Origin: a virus
Virus record (IMG/VR): IMGVR_UViG_3300023283_000071
Span: 1-58,914 of that record
Direction: 5' to 3' (one strand)
DNA length: 58,914 nucleotides
This document shows positions 1 to 9,000 of this stretch, in pieces. The notes beneath the pieces are model-generated. The model did not search any database. It saw only the letters and a list, made by a program, of their open reading frames with translations, and was not told the origin of the DNA. The position numbers and the translations under genes were made by a program. Within the stretch, counting starts at the first letter, position 1. Every line of letters starts with the position of its first letter.

Positions 1-17
1 AAGCAGGGTCACCGGAG

Positions 18-3000
18 ATGTCTCCGGCTACCCGCAAGGCGCTCGACGAGTTCGCCCAGGACATCGCGCGCCCGGCCGCCATGGTCCAGAACCAGGCCGG
101 GGTAGAGCCGCCCGCCACTGCACCGCCTCCTGAGATCGAGGAGTCGGCAGGCTATTGGGCGTCGACGAAGCGTGGCATGGCGACTGCGGCGTATGGGGTC
201 AGCGAGGCGCTCTCTCTCGTCGGCGACGTGCTCGGCGTGGAAGCCATCGAGGAGCGCGGCGAGGCCGGCGCCCAGTACTGGAAGAAGGTTCTGGAGCGGC
301 CCGAGCTGCAGCGCCCGGAGTTCATGCGCCATGGACTCGTCGAAGGACTGAAGCGGCGTCCTCTCGACTACTCGATCAACCTCCTGCTGGAGAACATCCC
401 GCTGCTGGTGACGATGATGTCCGGCGGCGGCGTGGCGGGTGTGGTCGCGGCGCGCGCGTTGCCGGCGGCGGTGAAAGCCGGGATCAAGGCCGGCAACCCG
501 GCCGCCATCTCACGGGCGAGGAAGACCATCGGACGCGCGGCGATGGGCGGGGCTGCCCCGACAGCGGGGGCAATCGAGGGTGGCTTCGCGCGCGGAGAGG
601 CGCTGGAGGCGGGGGCCACCGACGAGCAGGCGCTGGAGGTGGCCCTCCGGGTGGGCGTCATCAACGCCGCCCTGGAGGTGACCCCCATCGGGCTGCTTTT
701 CCGCAACCCGGCCGGGCGCCGGCTCATCACCCGGATCGGGCAGCAGATCGTGGCCGAGGCCGGGACCGAAGCCGTTCAGGAGTTCAACAACAACCTGCAG
801 CACATGCTGGTGCACCAGCCCGACAAGACGCTGGAGGACCTGTTCGAGGGGACCCCTGAGGCTGCGTACGCCGGCGGCCTGATCGGCGCCCTCATGGGTG
901 CCGGTGGAGCGTGGTACAACCGGGGCGCGCCAGAAGAAGAGGGCGGCGCGGCAAGCGTCCGTGGCGCTACGGGCGATGGGGGCTACTACACCCGCGAGAT
1001 CGACGCCGGCGATCCGGATGCCCCCACCGAGCTCGCCGGCGGCACCTCGGCAACCCAGGAGGGTCCGGACACCGACAGGCCGACCGATCTAGCCGGGAAC
1101 CCGGAGGCCCCTCCTGAGCCCTCTGGAGGACCTCCCCAGGGCCCGTCCGGTCCCACCGGGGGGCCGCCTCAAGGAGTGGCGCCGGGAGAGCCCCCGCCCG
1201 ACTTCGATCTGCAGCCTCCTGGGCCACAGCCTGTGCCTGGCGCTGTGGGCGCGCCTCAACCCCCACCGCCAGGTCCTCCGGCCGCTCCTGCGGCTCCCAC
1301 GGAGTCCGTGGAGCCCATTCCGGCGCCACCCACGACCCCGGAGCAGTTCCAGCCGACCCACACGACCCCAGAGGGCACCGAGATCATGGCGGGCGAGGGG
1401 GGCTACTACACCCGCGAGATCGACGCCGAAAGCGGCGAGCGCCGGCCGGTGCTGAAGTTCCACGAGGGCACGACGGTCACTACTCGTGAGGGGCGCCAGG
1501 TCCCGATCGCGGAGATGGAGGTCACGCCAGCCGAGGAGAGGCGACGCCTCGAGGCGGCCGGCCAGGGGAAGCTGCCAATCCCGGAGCCACGGGAGACCAT
1601 CGATGAGGCAGAGGGCGACGCGGCTGCCTCGCCGGAGAACCAGCGTCCCGAGCCTACCCCCGCCCAGAAGGAGGCCGGGAACTATCCCAAGGGGCACGTG
1701 AAGCTCCACGGGCGCGATCTCTCGATCGAGACCCCCCGCGACAGCCATCGCTGGCAGCTCGCAACCGAGCGCCTGAAGATGATGGCCGAGCAGGAACACA
1801 AGGACGATAACGTCAGCAGGTTCATCCGTAAGGCGCTGCGTCTGCTCGAGAAGAACGAGACCGTGCCCGAGGGTTTCGACGTGCTGCGCCGCATGGTGGG
1901 GTTGTCGGACAAGCCCGGCGATTGGGCGACCGAGGTGCGCGACGAGCTCCGCGGCATCCTCGACCGTGGCTGGATCCAGAAGATGAGCCACACCTACGGC
2001 TACATCCGGGGAACCACGGGCTTCGACAAGGACCACCTCGACGTCTTCCTCCATCCGGACGTGGAGAGCCGGCCGGACGCGCCCGTGTTCGTCGTCAACC
2101 AACAGGACGAGGCGGGGGAGTTCGACGAGCACAAGGTGATGATGGGCTTCACCTCTGAGGCCGAGGCCCGAAAGGCGTATCTGGAGAACTACCCGAAGGG
2201 GTGGGAGGGTCTCGACAGCGTCGTCCAGCTCACGCCAGAGCAGTTCGACCAGTGGGCCCGCAGCGACGCGCCGAAGAAGGGCAAGCTCGAGGGCCCTCCG
2301 GAGACGGCCGTCCCGAAACCGGGAAAGGGGGAGAAGCCCCCGCCGTCTCCAGAGCGCCCTTTCACCCCCACCCACGAGCTCCCGGACGGGACGCCGGTCC
2401 GCCACGTCGAGGACGACGTGTACGTGGACGCACAGGGACAGGAGTGGGAGGAGCCGAACGCCGCGCCGATCGAGACCGAGCCCGACGACGATCGAGAGGA
2501 CCTCGCCAAGGAGGAACCCCCAGAGGAGTCACCTGAAGACGAAGGTACCCCCACCGAGCCTGACGACGATCGCGAAGATGTCGCCTCCGAGAGCGAGCGT
2601 CTTGCCGGGGAGTTCCAGCACTTCTTCGCTGGCGCGGACAACTCGTTCAAGGACATCCGAGAAGCAAGAAAGTGGGCAGGCGAGCGCCTCGGGCGCAAGG
2701 TGGCTCCAGGGACGGCGGACGCCAAGCTCGTCGATGAGTCCATGGAGGCGGGACTCGTCCGCGCTGCCCGCGAGATCGTGCGCTCGGGAAGAAAGAACAA
2801 CCGCACGTGGGACGTGATCTTCGACCGTCTGGTCAATCTCTACGAGCGCCAGCCACGCCTCGGCGTGCGCACTTCCACCAGCGTCTCACAACAGGCGTAC
2901 TCGACCCCCATGCCGATCGCGTGGGCGGTGTCCGTTATCGCTGATGTCGGAGAGAACACCACCGTATACGAGCCGTCCGCAGGCAACGGAGCACTCCTGA

Positions 3001-6000
3001 TCGGAGCGGATCCGGGGAACGTTCACGCCAACGAGTTGAACGAGGATCGCTCGGAAACGTTGGAGGCTCAGGGTTTCGGAAAAGTCACTCGCTTCGATGC
3101 GGCCACGGAGAATCCGGGGAAACAGCACGATGTCGTGCTCGCGAATCCTCCATTCGGCGTGGTGCACAACCCGGATGGGTCCGCCAAGAAATTCCCGATC
3201 CAGACTCACAAGGGGGAGAAGCGGACCACCCAGATCGACCATGCGATCGCGATGCGATCGCTCGCATCGATGAAGAAAGGCGGGACTGCGGTCCTGATCC
3301 TCGGCAGCGTACGCAAGACGGCAGCCTCAGAACAGGCCCGTTCGGACGCCTACCACAGCGCCCAGAAACGAGACTTCTTCTGGGCGCTGTATCACCAGTA
3401 CGAGGTGGTCGATCACTTCACCATCGCCGGCGAGCTCTACGAGAAGCAGGGCGCCGGGTGGCCGATCGACATCGTCGTGGTCAAGGGGCGGAAGGATGCC
3501 CCGGAGCAGACGCGCACCCTGCCGGCGAAGAACCTGCCGGACATCCTGCGCTCGTTCGCCGAACTTAAGGAGAGAGTCCGTGGGCACGAAGCTGGTTTAT
3601 ACCGACCCGAATCCGAGGGCGTGGGCGCCGGAGAGCAATCCGGCGGCCCTCGTGGTTCAACTGAGGCCGAAGGACGGCCTGAATCTCAACCTGGTGCGGT
3701 ACCTGGACCTGTTGCGAGACCGGGTGGCGTGGCTGGCGCAGGGACAGGAGGAGGACGCACTGGGGGCGGCGGCCGATCGTCTGGAACCGCTGCTGGACCT
3801 GCCTCCAAGGGTGAGCAGCCCCCTGGCGTTCGCGGTGGACGTGAGGGACGACCTGAGCCTCCGGACGTGGTTGACCGTCCACGTGGTGCCCGAGGGGAAG
3901 GAGAACTGGAAGGCGAAGCCGAGCCCGGAGGCCTTGAAGGCGCTGAGGGGAGTAAGCCTGGGGCAGTGGGTGGAGAGCCTGCTGGCGCTGGAGACCTCGG
4001 GCGAGAGCTGGAGTCAGCCAGCGAGGAGGACATCGACAGCCTGATCGACGACGCCCTCGGGGAGGCGGCCCCGGAACCAGCCGAGGCTCGCCCGGAGCAG
4101 AAGAAGGAATCTCTGAAGGGCGCTGCATCCGAATCGGGAAAGGCGATCAGCAGCGCGCTCGACGCCATCTGGGAGTCGACCGGCGGGGGCTCTCCAGCCA
4201 CCTTCAAGTCCGGTCCGTTCGCCTTCGACGAGCAGGGTTACCAGAGGATCAAGGGACACCTCAAGGCGTCTCTCGAGCACACCGTCGCCGCCGGCGGCCA
4301 TCTCAAGGACTTCATCCAGGCCGTGTTCGCGGATGCTGCCCGCTTCCCTCGTGAGTGGGTCGAAAACCTGCTGCGACCGGCGGTCAAGCGGTTCGTCAAC
4401 GAGGTGAACAAGGGGCTCATTCTCATCAAGGGCCTCAATGACCACAAGAAGCGGGTCCAGCAGCAGGACAAGCCCACCGAGCACCAGGTGTCCTACGAGC
4501 CGGGAAGCGATGGTACCCCTGGCGGCACCTTGATCCCAAAGAACATGCGAACGGCTGTCAAGGAGTCGCTCGGAGACGTGAAGAAGCGCAGGGGTCCGCT
4601 TTCAGAATACGTCATGGCTCGACTTGGCTACACGCGCGAGCAGCTTGACGAATACTTCCTGGCAGAGCAGATCGACGCGCTCGCGCTCGCGATCGACAAC
4701 ATGGAGCGCGGCGGGGCGTTCATCATCGGAGACCAGACCGGAGTCGGAAAGGGGCGAGTTGTTGCCGGAGCCCTGCGCTACGCCATGCGCCAGGGGAAGG
4801 TCCCTGTCTTTGTCACCGAGAAAAAGAACCTCTACAAGGACATCTACCGGGACTTTGTGGACATCGGCATGGGGGACGTCACTCTGTTGATGACGGACGC
4901 CAGCGAGAAGGTGTTTCTCACCGACGATAAGTCGATCTCCCTGCGTACCCCGGACGCACAATCCCACAACGCCAACCTGATTCGGATTGCTAGAGGAGTT
5001 CAGGGACTCGATCAGGCATTCGAGAACGTGCCTGCAGACGTGATCGTCACCACGTATTACCAGATGCAATCGGAGAAAGGGGCGCTGACGCCAAGACGAG
5101 AGTTTCTGAACGCGATCGCTCCGAACGCGATGTTCGTCTTCGACGAGACACACAACGCCGGCGGAACGGAGACCGTGAAGCGAGACGCTGATGGCGCGCC
5201 AATCATGGACCGTGCCCGCTACGTGCGCCATCTGGCAGCTACCGCGTGGCAGGTTTTCTTCTCGTCCGCGACGTACGCGAAGCGGCACGACGTCATGGAC
5301 CTCTACGCCCGCACGGACATGCGCTATGCGGTATCCAGCATCGAGGGCTTGGGAAATGCGATAAAGAAGGGAGGAGTGCCTCTGCAACAGGTGGTGGCGT
5401 TGATGTTGGCGAAAGCCGGCCAATACCTGCGCCGAGAGCGTAGCTTCGACGGGATCGAGTACAGCACTCCACTGGTTGAGGTGAACCAAACCGCATACGC
5501 GAACTTCTCCAGGACGATCGAGGCGATCCATGAGTTCTCGAAGCAGGTCGAAGTGGTCACGTCTCACATCGACGACGAGCTGAAAGGTCAGGGGATGCAT
5601 GCCGGTGCCGATCAGAGCACGGGAGGAGCGGGGGCCGAGAGCACCAAGTTCACGTCGATCATGCACAACTTGATCTCGCAGCTTCTGCTTTCGCTCAAAG
5701 CTCAGCCCTCTGTGGATATGGCGCTCGAAGCAATCGCCAACGGGCAGAAGCCTGTGATCACCGTGTCGAACACCATGGGATCGTTCCTCGACGAGTACGC
5801 CGAGGCGATGGAGCTGAACAAGGGAGATCTGGTCGCTCTGAATTTCACCGACCTTCTCAAGCGTTATCTCGACAAGACACGAACCATCACGAAGCGAGAG
5901 CCGTTCGGAGAGGCCGAGCGCCACTATCTGACGGACGAGGAGCTCGGCCCTCAAGGAGTAGCCCTGTATAACAGGATTGCCGACTTCATGGCATCCCAGG

Positions 6001-9000
6001 ATGAGATGAAGTCGTTGCCGGTCAGTCCGATCGACTACATCATCGACAAGATCGAGCAGGCGGGCCACACCATCGGGGAAATCACTGGACGCGAAAAGCG
6101 GGTTCGTATGGAACGCTACGAGGACCAGGACGGTAAAACGGTAGAGCGTCCGGTCCTCGACCGCCGGCCCGATTCAATTTCCTTGCGCATCGAGACGATC
6201 CTCAGATACAACCAAGGAGGGGAGAACGGTCTCGATGCGTTGATCATCAACCGGGCCGGATCTACAGGGATCTCCCTGCATGCTTCGGAGAGTGTGGGGG
6301 ACCAGCGCCAGCGCACCATGATCATCGCGCAGCCCGAGGATAACATCGACACGCACATGCAGGTCTTGGGGCGCATCAACCGCACCGGACAGGTGGTGAA
6401 GCCCCGCTATCTGCAACTGGTCGCTGACATTCCCGCCGAGAAGCGGCCTGCCGCTGTGCTCTCGAAGAAGATGGCGAGCCTGAACGCCAACACGACGGCG
6501 GCCCGATCTAGCTCGCTGACGGCTACCGATGTTCCGGACTTCATCAACGAGTATGGAGACGAGGTGGTCGGGCAAATCCTCGACGACGATATGGAGCTGT
6601 TTTACAGGCTCGACGTCAACGCCAAGCTGAGAGAAGGGACGATCGCTCGAGAGGATCTGGCACGCAAGACGACCGGCAGGATCCCGCTACTTCCGATCGA
6701 GGATCAGGAGGCCCTATACGACAGGATTGAGAGCGATTACAAGGAACTGATCGCGCAGCTCGACGCCACCGGCGCGAACACCCTGGAGGCGAAGTACCTA
6801 CCCCTCGACGCCGAGGAACTGAACCGCAAGCAACTCAAGGAACCGCTGTCCAATGTTGATTCTCCGTTCGCTGAGGGGGCGGATGCGGTCCGGTACCGCA
6901 TCAACGTGCTCGGCAGACCCTATCCGACGTCGAAGGTGCTTAGAGATCTGTCCGAGCGCCTCGGACGAGGCTACAGCGAATCGGAGAGTCCCGAGGAAGC
7001 CGCGACCGCGCTACGGCAGCTAGGTCGCGAGGGACGTCGAAAGATCCTTCAGGACGCGAAGGTCGAGTTCGAGTCCTACAAGCGGGAGGTGGTGGACCAG
7101 ATAAAGGACGAAGGGAAGGCGCGGAAAGAGGAAGCGAAGCTGGATCAGCAGTGGGAAAGGTTTGCTGCCACGATCAAGCACATCTTCCCTGGCAACCAGG
7201 TGCAGCTTGATGCGCACTCGGGGCGCACGTTGGGCACGATCATGGATGTCGTGCCGACCGGCGAGACGAAGAATCCGATCGCCGGCGGCGGTTGGAAGGT
7301 AACGATCTATCTGGTCTCGAGCGCGCGCCAGATCACGCTACCGCTATCTCGTCTCAAGCTGTTCGGCACCGTGGCCGGGCAGAGCATGCAGGAGAAGATA
7401 CAGGGTATCGGCGCGACCTCGTTTATTGTGGGAACGGCTCCGGAACTGCAGACCCCGATCATCCTCCGCTACGACGAGATGCAGGAGCAGCGCCGGGAGG
7501 AGCGATGGATCGTCACTGGGAACCTGCTCGCCGGATTCGACGCCGCCGGCGCCAAGGGTCAGATCATCACCTTCGAGACCCGAGAGGGGACTGTGGTATC
7601 GGGCATCATGATGCCCAAGGAATGGGACGTGGACGCGGCAATCGGGGGACAGCCGGTGCGGTTCTCGGAGGCGTCTCAGGTGGTCGCCTACGTGGCCCGG
7701 GTACGAAAGTATCCCGCGTTCGCCGCCGACAACATCGTCAGGATCATGGACGACAAGGGCCAGGGGATCCGAATCCTGGTCGAGCCTTCCCGCAGCACCG
7801 GCGGGAAATACTACATGAACGAGGGGGTGCTCGAGGCGCTCGGAGAGGACTTTGTTTCTTCCGGCTCCAGCATGGTCGCCCGGGTTTCCTACGACGGTGC
7901 CCAGAACGTCGTCCAGGCACTCATGGACGCCGGCGCGGAGTTTGAGGCCCGCACCGAGAAGGACATCGCCCGCCAGATCGCGGGCTTGCCGCCGGTCCAG
8001 GAGGCGAGACGAAGCGCGCCGGCGGCGGCCACGGGGCGTTCGACCACCGTCCGCCAGGCTCGGGAGGCGATCGCTGACCAGGTGGGCGAGAAGGCGCTGC
8101 GCCACCTCGAGCAGCTCGGCGTGATCACGCTCGTCCAGTCTCGCGGCGAGCTCCCCGAGCACCTCCAGAAGGACGCCGGCGCCGGCGTGTACGACTTCGA
8201 GAACCACCGCGCCTACCTGGTGGCCGACGAGATGGGCAAGGAGGACGCCTACGGGCTGTTCCTGCACGAGGTGGGGGTCCACTACGGTCTCGAGGGGTTG
8301 CTCGGCGAAGATCTGTTCGACCGGGTGCTACGGCAGCTTCGCGGCCTCGAGGCGTCGGGGAACAACGCGGCTCGGAGGGCCCGCGAGCAGGCCAGGAAGA
8401 AGCGGTCGGACGCCAGCGAGGACGAGGAGACCCTCGCCTACGTGGTCCAGGACCCGGCGAACCACAAGCTCTCGCTGGTACGCCGGGTGGTGTCCGGGAT
8501 CCGGGCCTTCCTGTTCCGCATCGGCGTGGTGAAGCGGCTGTCCATCGACGACATCGTGATGTTGGTGCGCGCTGCTGCGCGCCGGCCTCGGCCCCAGACC
8601 GAACGCCGTGCCCGGAAGGGTGCACGTGCCCATTCGGTGAGGATGCCTACCGACGAGCAGGAGCGTCGGTACCAGGAGGCCAAGAAGGGTCTCGGAGATC
8701 AGCGAAGCCTTGTTCAAAGGGTCCGGGACCACATAACGCACACGTGGCATGGGATCAGCCGGCACTTCATTGAGCTTCCAAACACGCCGTTCTTCGCTCC
8801 CGCGTTCGAGATTCTGAGAGAGTTCGAGGCTGCCCCGGAGGCGGCTAAAGAAGAAGCCGTGCGCAGGTTGCAGAGGGTTGTGGGAAAGTTCAACGACAAG
8901 GATCTCGACCTGTTCACCAGAAAGGTTCTTCTCGACGATCTCCAATGGGAGATTGACAACGAGCACGAGTTGCCCTTCGCCTTGAGCCCTGAAGACCACG

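Noticed and set aside
1089-2405. 438-codon minus-strand ORF. Similar long antisense or alternative-frame ORFs include 4602-6068(-), 7344-8282(-), 14605-15852(+), 15369-16595(+), 16612-18123(+), 31033-32016(-), 35617-36513(-), 38506-39681(-), 43886-44905(-), 44827-45663(-), 48269-49534(-) and 50963-52582(-).
   Set aside because: All lie opposite to, or out of frame with, ORFs that carry clear family motifs. Their translations are Arg/Pro/Gly/Ala-rich low complexity, as expected from stop-poor alternative frames in GC-rich DNA.
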